NCBI GenBank assembly: GCA_024635455.1
Contig: JAGXIU010000002.1
Span: forward strand, 108,309-172,308
Direction of reading: 5' to 3'
Origin: Candidatus Saccharimonadota bacterium
GTDB taxonomy: Bacteria > Patescibacteriota > Saccharimonadia > Saccharimonadales > SLHW01
DNA length: 64,000 nt
Under the pieces are notes generated by a model. That model searched no databases and was not told the DNA's origin. It saw only the letters and a list, made by a program, of their open reading frames with translations. The first letter of the stretch is position 1, and each line of letters opens with the position of its first letter. Position numbers and translations under genes: made by a program. This document shows positions 47,194 through 55,276 of this stretch, piece after piece.

Positions 47194-48947
47194 AAGAAAA
47201 ATACTCCTACAATTGTTACTAAGCTTATTGTTGTGATTATGTTCAGAATAATACCGAGCCGAAAGAAATCACTAAACTTATATCCTCCGGCACTATACAC
47301 CATCGTATTGGTTTGATATCCAAGTGGACTTATGAATGAGAGTGAGGCTGCGATGGCGATTGCCATAGCGAACACTCGTGGGTCTGCTCCTGCAGAAACA
47401 GCAGTGCTTATTGCAATCGGAAAAACAAGTAGAGCAGCAGCGTTGTTAGTAACAAGCTCGGTAAGGATGCTCGTCGCAAGAATCACGCCAAATAGTAACC
47501 CAATAACTCCAAACACTCCAAAATATTCGATAATAAGCGTACTGGCGCTTGCGGCAAGACCAGACATATCTACCGCTCGAGCAACTCCGATGGCAGCAGC
47601 AATCATGATCAATAGTTCAAAATCGATTGCGTTCTTTGCTTGGGAGGTTGTATTTATTTTTAGAATTATAGTCATAAGTGCACCGAGCATGATGATGATT
47701 GCGAGCGGTACTTGGAATACCGCTAGCAATAACATCGACAGGAGTACAAAGTAAAAATTCGTGTTAGAAATGCCAGACCCCATTGAATCTGATCCAATTT
47801 GCCGTAAAAACAAAAAGTCACTTCTGTCTTGCCATCGCCCCTCAAACCCTTCATCGGTGACAAGTAATAAGCTATCACCTGGCTTTAGCTCGACATTACC
47901 TAGCGAGCCTTTTATCTTTTCGCCGGAGCGAAAGATTGCCAACACAGCCGCCTGGTACTTTGAACGAAAGCTAATTTCAGCGAGAGTCTTACCTGCAATA
48001 GATTTGTTATGACCGACAACACTCTCTATATATATATTTCGACGGTTGTTCAGCTTAGCAATGTGCTTATCCTCAATAGGTTTTAGATTTTGCCTTTTTG
48101 CCAGTTTTGCCAGCGATTCGGCATTGCCGGAAAATCGCAAGGTGTCACCTTTTTTAATCTGTGTTTCAGGGGAAACGGGCGCGATAACATCGCCATTTGC
48201 CCGGGTTATTTCGGCCAAGAATACGTCCTTAAGGTGTCTTAGGCCGGCATCGTTGACCGTCTTGCTCAGTATCGTTTTTTGTGGAGACACATCTATAGTG
48301 AAACCTTTCTCTATTTCTGCCTCATCCAAGTCTGCCAACTTCCGCTCGGGAATTAACTTCGGCCCCAATATTACTATGGTGGTGAGTCCTATTACTGCCA
48401 AGGGTAGCCCTATTTTGGTTAGCTCAAAGAAAGAAAACGGTTCATAACCGTAGTCTGATAATAGTCCTGACACAACTAAGTTCGTCGATGTACCTATAAG
48501 GGTGAGAGCTCCGCCGAATATCGCTGCATAAGACAGAGGTATCAAAAATCGAGAAGCTGATACATTACGCTCTTTTGACCAGTTAATAATAGGATTAATA
48601 AGCATTGCTACGACTGGAGTGTTATTCACGAAAGCAGAGCTGGCGCTTACTGGTACCATAATCCTAAGAAGAGACTTCCTCCTACTATTGGGCTCACCAA
48701 ACATTTTTTTTGAAATAGCAGCTATATTGACGGTGCTCTGCAGGGCTCGTGCTAGCACAAACAGTGACCCGATAATTACGAGATTCTGGTTGCTGAACCC
48801 AACAAAGGCTTCATCAACTGAAATAATTCCTGAAGCGACGAGCACAGCGAGACCAATTAAAAACGAAACAGAAGGAGATAGCACATCCTTCAAAAGAGAG
48901 AAGAATATGAAAATAAGAACAAAAAGAGTAAAGACTTGCTCAACCAT
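47190..48947 (-). CDS. SLC13/DASS-type anion permease with two TrkA-C domains (putative sulfate transporter)
   Basis: 585 aa. Two hydrophobic halves flank soluble repeats (GDTLRFSGN, GDSLLLVTD). The stop overlaps the cysQ start (GTGA). Confidence 0.7.
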   Translation of the reverse strand: MVEQVFTLFVLIFIFFSLLKDVLSPSVSFLIGLAVLVASGIISVDEAFVGFSNQNLVIIGSLFVLARALQSTVNIAAISKKMFGEPNSRRKSLLRIMVPVSASSAFVNNTPVVAMLINPIINWSKERNVSASRFLIPLSYAAIFGGALTLIGTSTNLVVSGLLSDYGYEPFSFFELTKIGLPLAVIGLTTIVILGPKLIPERKLADLDEAEIEKGFTIDVSPQKTILSKTVNDAGLRHLKDVFLAEITRANGDVIAPVSPETQIKKGDTLRFSGNAESLAKLAKRQNLKPIEDKHIAKLNNRRNIYIESVVGHNKSIAGKTLAEISFRSKYQAAVLAIFRSGEKIKGSLGNVELKPGDSLLLVTDEGFEGRWQDRSDFLFLRQIGSDSMGSGISNTNFYFVLLSMLLLAVFQVPLAIIIMLGALMTIILKINTTSQAKNAIDFELLIMIAAAIGVARAVDMSGLAASASTLIIEYFGVFGVIGLLFGVILATSILTELVTNNAAALLVFPIAISTAVSAGADPRVFAMAIAIAASLSFISPLGYQTNTMVYSAGGYKFSDFFRLGIILNIITTISLVTIVGVFFL

Positions 48948-49051
48948 TATACAAACTATGTTTCATTTTGATTGGCTCAGCACGCAGATTAAATAAAGCG
49001 TTGCTTAAGTCCGCTTTGTATACAGGTTTAGTCGAAAAATTGGCAGTTAAG

Positions 49052-50017
49052 CTAATCGTTGGCATGAAACTGTATTCGCTTTGTTCGTTCGAGATTGTCC
49101 TCAATAAGTGTGCGATTCGTCCGAATAAGATCGGCGATAACTGACAGGGCAAAGGCGATGATAGCTGCGAACATCAGCACAGATCCGAGTACCAGTGATT
49201 GGATGTGGTCGCCGCGATCATTGAACGCGAAGTAGAGAATAACATAGCGTACAAATGGCACCAGGCCGAGCGCAAAGAGTACTGTGCCAAGGGTGTTAAA
49301 TATTAGGTGTGGGCGGTACATGATATAGCTGCGAAAGATTGCTGCACCAGACTTATACATATGCTGCCACATGTTTTTGAACAGGCGAGACTCGCGGGTC
49401 TTTTTATTGGTCGTCACCTTAACGCTCTCAATAGGGATGTTTTTGTTACCAGCCTGTATGATTGTTTCCATGCAGTAGCTGAACTTGGTGATGATATTTA
49501 TGCGCAGTAGCGATTCTTTTGAGTAGGCGCGGAAGCCACTTGCGGCATCGGGCAAATCTGTGCCCGCAGCCTTATTAACAATCCAGCTGCCAAAACGTTG
49601 TAATAGTTTTTTTAGCGGTGAAAAATGGGCGATTTTGCCTGTCTGCCTATCAGCAATAACAATTTCTGCCCGTCCATTGAGTATTGGCTGCACAAGGTCG
49701 CCAATACGCTCTTGTGGGTATTGGTTATCACCGTCTGTATTAACAACGATGTCGGCGCCATGGGCCAGGGCATAGTCGATGCCGTCATGAAACGAGCGGG
49801 CAAGCCCCATGTTCTTTTTATGTAGAACGAAGTGTTCAACGCCGTGTTTTTTGGCTACCTCAATGGTTTTGTCCGATGAGCCATCATCGATTATGAGCAC
49901 TTCAACGCTATCCACGCCTTTAATTTTCTTTGGAATAGTCTTAAGGACCAAGGGTAGTGTCTTCTCTTCGTTTAAGCATGGTATTTGTACGATGACTTTA
50001 ACTTTATTGTGCTTCAT
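49052..50017 (-). CDS. GT2 polyprenyl-phosphate sugar synthase-like glycosyltransferase (GtrB/DPM1-like) with C-terminal TM helices
   Basis: I moved the start to ATG 50017 (MKHNKVKV). Motifs are IPCLNEEKTL, LIIDDGSSDKT and DGDNQY. Two to four C-terminal TM helices are present. The gene overlaps the end of ugd by 14 nt. Confidence 0.85.
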   Translation of the reverse strand: MKHNKVKVIVQIPCLNEEKTLPLVLKTIPKKIKGVDSVEVLIIDDGSSDKTIEVAKKHGVEHFVLHKKNMGLARSFHDGIDYALAHGADIVVNTDGDNQYPQERIGDLVQPILNGRAEIVIADRQTGKIAHFSPLKKLLQRFGSWIVNKAAGTDLPDAASGFRAYSKESLLRINIITKFSYCMETIIQAGNKNIPIESVKVTTNKKTRESRLFKNMWQHMYKSGAAIFRSYIMYRPHLIFNTLGTVLFALGLVPFVRYVILYFAFNDRGDHIQSLVLGSVLMFAAIIAFALSVIADLIRTNRTLIEDNLERTKRIQFHAND

Positions 50018-51380
50018 GAATGTTCCTGTTTCTGCCCACACCAATATATGTTAGTCCAGCTTTCTCTATGTCCTCTAGTATAAACACATTCATGCAGTCA
50101 ACAAATAGATTGCCCTCCATGACTTTTTTTGTCTCGCCTAAATCTATTTTTTTAAGCTCAGGCCAGTCAGTGGCGACAAAGACGGCGTCAGCTCCTATTA
50201 TTGCCTCTTCGATAGATTTAGTAATGGTTACTGCACTACGTAGCTCCTCTTTGGCTTCACTGTTCGCTTGTGGGTCATAAGCAGTCACGATAGCCTCGCT
50301 CTTGGATAAAATATTGGCAAGTTTCACACCTGGTGATTTGCGCGCATCACTTGTGCCCGCCTTGAAGGCAAGGCCAAGAACAGCTACTTTCTTGCCCTTA
50401 AGAGAGCCGAGAGCAACTTGCGCTTTGTTGGCGATGTACCCGGGCATGGTCTCATTGACTTCTGCTGCAGCGTGCATGATAGATAGGTCTACGCCAAATT
50501 CATTAGCACTGCTGATGAGTCCACTAACATCTTTCGGGAAGCAGCCACCTCCGTAGCCACGGCCGGCGCTTAAGAAAGATCGGCCAATGCGCTGGTCTGC
50601 TCCGACAGCATCCATGATGTCGTTGACATCTGCATGAGCCTCATCAGCTAGTTTGGCTATAGAGTTAGCGAATGAAATCTTGAGTGCTAGAAATGCGTTG
50701 GCAGTAACCTTTATAAGCTCAGAGCTATTCAGCGTGGTCGTGATGTATTTGTTGGCGGCTTGCCGTGGACGTATCCCGGCTTTTTTTGTGATGGTGTCTC
50801 GGTGTTTCTCAACTGATTTGTAGATGTCTATGACTTGCTGGGCGGCATTTTTATTTGGGCCACCTACGACAACCCGGTCAAAGAAAAGCGAGTCAGATAG
50901 GGCAGTGCCTTCGCGCAAGAACTCTGGATTTGATACATAGTGGATAGTCTTGCCAAGTGGCTTGAATGTCTGCTCGACTTTCTCTCCGGTACCGACGGGA
51001 ACAGTGCTTTTCTGTACGTAGATAGATCCTTCGCGCATCAATAAGCTAGCTTGCTCTGCGGCAGAGAAAACATAACTAAGGTTGGAGCTACCATCTGGGT
51101 TGTCTGGTGTGCCGACGGACGAGAACACGACATCACTATTCGGAATACTTTCCTCATATGAGCTGGTTGGAATCATGGTGCCACGATCAACCACATCTTT
51201 TACGAGGGGATCGATACCTTCCTCATAAAAGAATGATTTACCAGATTTGATAGCTTTGAGCCGGTCTTGGTTTATATCCAGCGCATAGACTTTGTGCCCC
51301 GCCTGAGCAAACAGTACGGCAGTCGTAAGCCCAACGTAGCCCGTGCCAATAACCGTGATAGTCCGAGGTTTTTTATTCAT
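50004..51380 (-). CDS. ugd: UDP-glucose/GDP-mannose dehydrogenase family enzyme (UDP-glucose 6-dehydrogenase likely)
   Basis: 458 aa. The Rossmann motif is VIGTGYVGLTTAVLFA and the catalytic Cys motif is GYGGGCFPKDV. Confidence 0.88.
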   Translation of the reverse strand: MNKKPRTITVIGTGYVGLTTAVLFAQAGHKVYALDINQDRLKAIKSGKSFFYEEGIDPLVKDVVDRGTMIPTSSYEESIPNSDVVFSSVGTPDNPDGSSNLSYVFSAAEQASLLMREGSIYVQKSTVPVGTGEKVEQTFKPLGKTIHYVSNPEFLREGTALSDSLFFDRVVVGGPNKNAAQQVIDIYKSVEKHRDTITKKAGIRPRQAANKYITTTLNSSELIKVTANAFLALKISFANSIAKLADEAHADVNDIMDAVGADQRIGRSFLSAGRGYGGGCFPKDVSGLISSANEFGVDLSIMHAAAEVNETMPGYIANKAQVALGSLKGKKVAVLGLAFKAGTSDARKSPGVKLANILSKSEAIVTAYDPQANSEAKEELRSAVTITKSIEEAIIGADAVFVATDWPELKKIDLGETKKVMEGNLFVDCMNVFILEDIEKAGLTYIGVGRNRNIHEAQ

Positions 51381-51441
51381 ACTTCAGACTCTTATTTTAG
51401 AATATCTGAATGTCTTAGACCAGGATAATATTAAAACCGCA

Positions 51442-51450
51442 TGCTAAGAT
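51442..51450 (+). promoter_or_regulatory. Extended -10 TGCTAAGAT, 6 nt before ATG 51457
   Basis: The sequence reads aTGCTAAGATttatacATG. Confidence 0.45.
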
Positions 51451-51456
51451 TTATAC

Positions 51457-51975
51457 ATGAATGTTAGTGCTGTGTTTAAATATTGCCCTCGGTGCGGCAA
51501 TGGCTTAAAAGCTAGAGACATATTGTTGGAGTGCGAGAGTTGCGGTCTGCACTACTATTTGAACCCAAAGCCCGGCACAACAGCTGTACTAAAAAATGAG
51601 ACAGGTGAGTACCTACTAGTTAGGCGTGCTAGGGAGCCTAAGAAAGGCCTTTGGGACTTACCGGGAGGCTTTCTTGAGTTGAATGAAACGTACGAGGAGG
51701 GGGTTCAGAGAGAATTACAAGAAGAGTTAGGTGTACGGGCAAGTAACTTACACTATAGTGAATCTGTTATTGACGAACATGAGCATCAATCAGTTAGGTA
51801 CCCAGTTAGCGTAGCTGTATTTACGGGTTCAATATCAACAACTCTACCTATACAGGCTCGAGATGATATAGATGCGTATAAGTTCTTCAGTCTAGATGAT
51901 ATACCAATGGATGACATCGGATTTAGGTCTGTTCACCAGATATTATCTAAGTTGAAGACCTCTCAAGAGGACTAA
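51457..51975 (+). CDS. NUDIX hydrolase with N-terminal zinc ribbon
   Basis: 172 aa. The zinc ribbon is CPRCG-x14-CESCG and the Nudix box is GGFLELNETYEEGVQRELQEELG. Confidence 0.85.
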   Translation: MNVSAVFKYCPRCGNGLKARDILLECESCGLHYYLNPKPGTTAVLKNETGEYLLVRRAREPKKGLWDLPGGFLELNETYEEGVQRELQEELGVRASNLHYSESVIDEHEHQSVRYPVSVAVFTGSISTTLPIQARDDIDAYKFFSLDDIPMDDIGFRSVHQILSKLKTSQED

Positions 51976-52496
51976 CTGCTTCTACCATAGGCATCACTGA
52001 GCCGTACAATATCGGATTCGTCAGACGGAGCAGTTGGATTAGTATGCTGCCAAATCTCAGCTACAACTCCCCAATCATCTAAACCGGCTAGTCGATGCCT
52101 GACTTGTGCGTCAAACTGCACTATTTCATTATTGTTCTTTTTTTGCATTGGTCCTTCGTTGTCATCGTCACTTGTAATTACACCTACAGGACCTTGTACG
52201 ACCCTCCATAGTTCCGCTCGCCGGTAATGATATTGCCAAGAAAGTTTTTCACCCGGTACAACTACCAGTATCTTTGGGCTTATATGATCACCATACTGTT
52301 TTAATTCGTCAATAGTGTGGTCCGGGAAGAAGTTTTGCGCAAAAACATCTGTATCACTTTCTTTGACCACGAAAAAACCGCCCCATGGTCTTTTGTTGTC
52401 GATCGAATCAATACCTACGGCTAGTGATCCTAGATATTGTTCTACTTTTTCGAACGCCTGTTGTTTTGGTGTCTCCGGTGAAATAGATATTTCCAT
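51972..52496 (-). CDS. Cupin-type mannose-6-phosphate isomerase (type II PMI domain)
   Basis: 174 aa. RPWGGFFVV ... KILVVVPGEKLSWQYHYRRAELWRVVQG matches the PMI cupin of bifunctional ManC/WbpW enzymes. Confidence 0.7.
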   Translation of the reverse strand: MEISISPETPKQQAFEKVEQYLGSLAVGIDSIDNKRPWGGFFVVKESDTDVFAQNFFPDHTIDELKQYGDHISPKILVVVPGEKLSWQYHYRRAELWRVVQGPVGVITSDDDNEGPMQKKNNNEIVQFDAQVRHRLAGLDDWGVVAEIWQHTNPTAPSDESDIVRLSDAYGRSS

Positions 52497-52595
52497 ACAC
52501 TCCCCTTATCTGTTTAGGTATTTCGTGTTAAGGCTAACTTTGTAATTTATGCCACACATAGCTACATTCTGTCCAATGTTTGGTATCCTCTATGT

Positions 52596-53636
52596 ATGAT
52601 AACAGTTATTATTGCAGGTGGCTCTGGGACACGCCTATGGCCGCTCTCAACCCCAAACTATCCAAAACATTTACTAAAGGTTAATGGCAGCGACAGGTCG
52701 TTACTACAAGATACATATGATCGTGCAAGAAAAATAAGCAGCCAGACATACATAGTGACAGATGCGAGCCATGCTGATCATGTCAAAGACCAGCTTCCTG
52801 ATCTCTCAGATAATAACTTTATAATCGAGCCAGCCAGAAGAGGAACAGCCAGCTGTATAGTCGCTGCTTTGGCTCATGTGTCTGAAGAATGTGCACACGA
52901 TGAGCCAATTGCTGTATTGTCTGCAGATCACCACATACGCGATACGGAGGGCTTTATGCATAGCTTTAGTCTGGCGGAGCAATCCTCTAAAGAGAGCGGA
53001 CGTATTGTCTTAGTTGGCGTTGAACCCAACTACCCAGCAACAGGATTCGGCTATATAAAAAAAGGAAGTTTATACGACGAAGAATCATATGTTTTTAACG
53101 TACACTCCTTCAAAGAAAAGCCTGAGTATGAGCTGGCGCAAGAATATGTGAAAAGTGGCAATTATCTTTGGAACTGTGGATATTTTGTGGGCTCCGTAGA
53201 TACTTTTAAAAACAGCATGAAACAATGTGCACCAGACTTACTAAAAAACTACAATGAGTTAGTAGGCACCGCCAGTGACAGCTACAAGGATGTTTATCTA
53301 GGTTTTGAAAACAATACAATAGATTACGCGCTGATTGAAAAAGTTGAAGAGCTTTTGGTCGTTCCCGCGGCATTTGACTGGATGGATCTTGGCTCGTACG
53401 GTGACTTGCATAAGGCTGTCGGGAGTGACCAAAGAGGGAATTATCAACAAGGTGAAAATATCGAGCTTGAGGATGTCGAGAACTGCTATGTTCATAATGA
53501 TGAAGCGCGCCCACTCGCAGTGATTGGGCTTGATAACGTTGTTGTTGTGAACACGAAAGACGGAATGCTTGTTGCTAGAAAAGATTTAGCGCAAAAGATT
53601 GGTGCGGTTAGCAAGCGTATTAACAAAAGTAAGTAA
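52596..53636 (+). CDS. manC: Mannose-1-phosphate guanylyltransferase
   Basis: 346 aa. It has VIIAGGSGTRLWPLS and FGYIKKG. It is NTP-transferase only, with no fused cupin. Confidence 0.9.
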   Translation: MITVIIAGGSGTRLWPLSTPNYPKHLLKVNGSDRSLLQDTYDRARKISSQTYIVTDASHADHVKDQLPDLSDNNFIIEPARRGTASCIVAALAHVSEECAHDEPIAVLSADHHIRDTEGFMHSFSLAEQSSKESGRIVLVGVEPNYPATGFGYIKKGSLYDEESYVFNVHSFKEKPEYELAQEYVKSGNYLWNCGYFVGSVDTFKNSMKQCAPDLLKNYNELVGTASDSYKDVYLGFENNTIDYALIEKVEELLVVPAAFDWMDLGSYGDLHKAVGSDQRGNYQQGENIELEDVENCYVHNDEARPLAVIGLDNVVVVNTKDGMLVARKDLAQKIGAVSKRINKSK

Positions 53637-53651
53637 CAGGAGATAAGTGTT

Positions 53652-54407
53652 ATGCGAAAAAGTGTTATTGCCTTTGACTTAGACGGCACTCTTGCTGAAA
53701 GTAAATCGGCCCTAGAAGATAGAATGAGCGATTTGCTAGGAAAACTACTCGAAAAATATCAAGTATGCGTAATGTCCGGCGGTAAGTTTGGTCAGTTCGA
53801 AAAACAACTACTCTCCAACCTGCAGGTGGATCCTGTAAAACTGGAGTTTTTACACTTAATGCCAACGTGTGGGACCAAATACTTTAGCTACGACATAGCA
53901 AAACATTCGTGGAATCAGGTATACGCAGAAGATTTGACTAAAGACGAGAAAAGGCAAATCCAAGAAGCCCTAGAAAAAAGCATAGATGAGCTTGGCTATC
54001 GCGAGTCAAAGCCATGGGGTGATCTCATAGAGGACAGGGGTAGTCAAATTACTTTCTCTGCATTAGGACAGGAGGCCCCAGTTAAAGAGAAAGAGACCTG
54101 GGACCCGAGTAATGATAAAAAACGGAAACTGAGAGACTTAGTAGCACAGTATATTCCACAGTTTGAGGTTCGAGCTGGGGGCACTACATCTATTGATGTT
54201 ACAAAATTAGGCATTGATAAAGCCTACGGAATGCACAAGCTGTTACATATGCTGGAAGTATCGAAAGATGAAGTTTTATTTATGGGTGATGCTCTGTATG
54301 AAGGGGGTAACGATTACCCAGTTAAAACCATGGGTGTTGAATGTATCTCAGTCCGAAATTGGCAAGACACTGCTTATGCAATCGAAGGTATCGTAGGAGT
54401 TAGCTAG
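53652..54407 (+). CDS. HAD-IIB phosphatase-fold enzyme, eukaryotic-type phosphomannomutase-like
   Basis: 251 aa. Motifs are AFDLDGTLAESKS, GGTTSIDVT and MGDALYEGGNDYP. The position next to manC supports the call. Confidence 0.6.
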   Translation: MRKSVIAFDLDGTLAESKSALEDRMSDLLGKLLEKYQVCVMSGGKFGQFEKQLLSNLQVDPVKLEFLHLMPTCGTKYFSYDIAKHSWNQVYAEDLTKDEKRQIQEALEKSIDELGYRESKPWGDLIEDRGSQITFSALGQEAPVKEKETWDPSNDKKRKLRDLVAQYIPQFEVRAGGTTSIDVTKLGIDKAYGMHKLLHMLEVSKDEVLFMGDALYEGGNDYPVKTMGVECISVRNWQDTAYAIEGIVGVS

Positions 54408-54520
54408 TCGAATGCTAACTAAATAAGAGTCACCGGCCACCAGTTGTTAAACCACTGTGCCTTAATGCGCCCTTTCAGGCTTAGCAAAACTGATGCCGAT
54501 CATCAGCTGTTTGGCGAATC

Positions 54521-54542
54521 AAGACGAAAGCTTCGTCTTTTT
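54521..54542 (+). terminator. Rho-independent terminator candidate
   Basis: AAGACGAA-agc-TTCGTCTT is followed by TTT(G). It lies ~114 nt after the stop of the PMM-like gene. Confidence 0.5.
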
Positions 54543-54719
54543 GATCCTTATACAACATGAAAAAAGACCGATCGAAGGGAGTTATTTCGGCGCGCCAGAC
54601 TGGTGGTATGAGCGGCAATCATTGTTGTCGCTACTGCCTGCGGCGTTTTTGCATACTTTTGCTGCTGTTGGTAAAAATATGGTGCTATTTTGCTGCGCAA
54701 AAACAAAAGAACCTGATTT

Positions 54720-55220
54720 CTACTTTTTAACTTTCTCAATCATTTCGATTAAACCCTCCCAGCCTACATCTTCTTCTGGAATGCTATGTATTGAAAAAGA
54801 TTCTAGAGCCGCAACATCATCCTGAGCCACCGGCTTCTTGTTAGTCTTAAGTGTGACAGAAAAAAAGACTGAAACGACCGGCTCTTCTTCTCCATGCCAG
54901 TGGTAGAGTTCGTGGGTGCTGCCGATATAGTGAACATCAGTGACATCATTTTTATTTAGGCCGGTCTCTTCCTCCAACTCTCTGTAGAGTGCGTCTTCAA
55001 ATGTTTCACCGTAGTCGAGAAAGCCACCGAGCTGATCCAGTGCACCTTTTTTGGGTTCAATAGCACGGCGACCAAGAATAACCTTACCGTCTTCATCAAA
55101 AAGAAGCAGGCCAACCGCACCCTTGGGGTTACGGAACTGTGAGTGCTTACACTGGGTGCAAACAAACTTAGTATCGGATTCTTGTAGCAGCTCACCGCCA
55201 CAACGTATACAAAACTTCAT
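54720..55220 (-). CDS. NUDIX hydrolase with N-terminal zinc ribbon (paralogue of 51457-51975)
   Basis: 166 aa. The zinc ribbon is CIRCG-x13-CTQCK and the Nudix box is GGFLDYGETFEDALYRELEEETG. Confidence 0.85.
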   Translation of the reverse strand: MKFCIRCGGELLQESDTKFVCTQCKHSQFRNPKGAVGLLLFDEDGKVILGRRAIEPKKGALDQLGGFLDYGETFEDALYRELEEETGLNKNDVTDVHYIGSTHELYHWHGEEEPVVSVFFSVTLKTNKKPVAQDDVAALESFSIHSIPEEDVGWEGLIEMIEKVKK

Positions 55221-55276
55221 ATGACAATTGTACCAAACAATACTTACGACTTACTAAGTAAGTAGTCAAGGACTAT

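Noticed and set aside
54493-54825. 110-aa plus-strand ORF and 63-aa minus-strand ORF (54548-54739) in the PMM/NUDIX spacer
   Set aside because: They overlap each other, the terminator hairpin and the 3' end of the NUDIX gene. They have odd composition and no promoter or SD signal.
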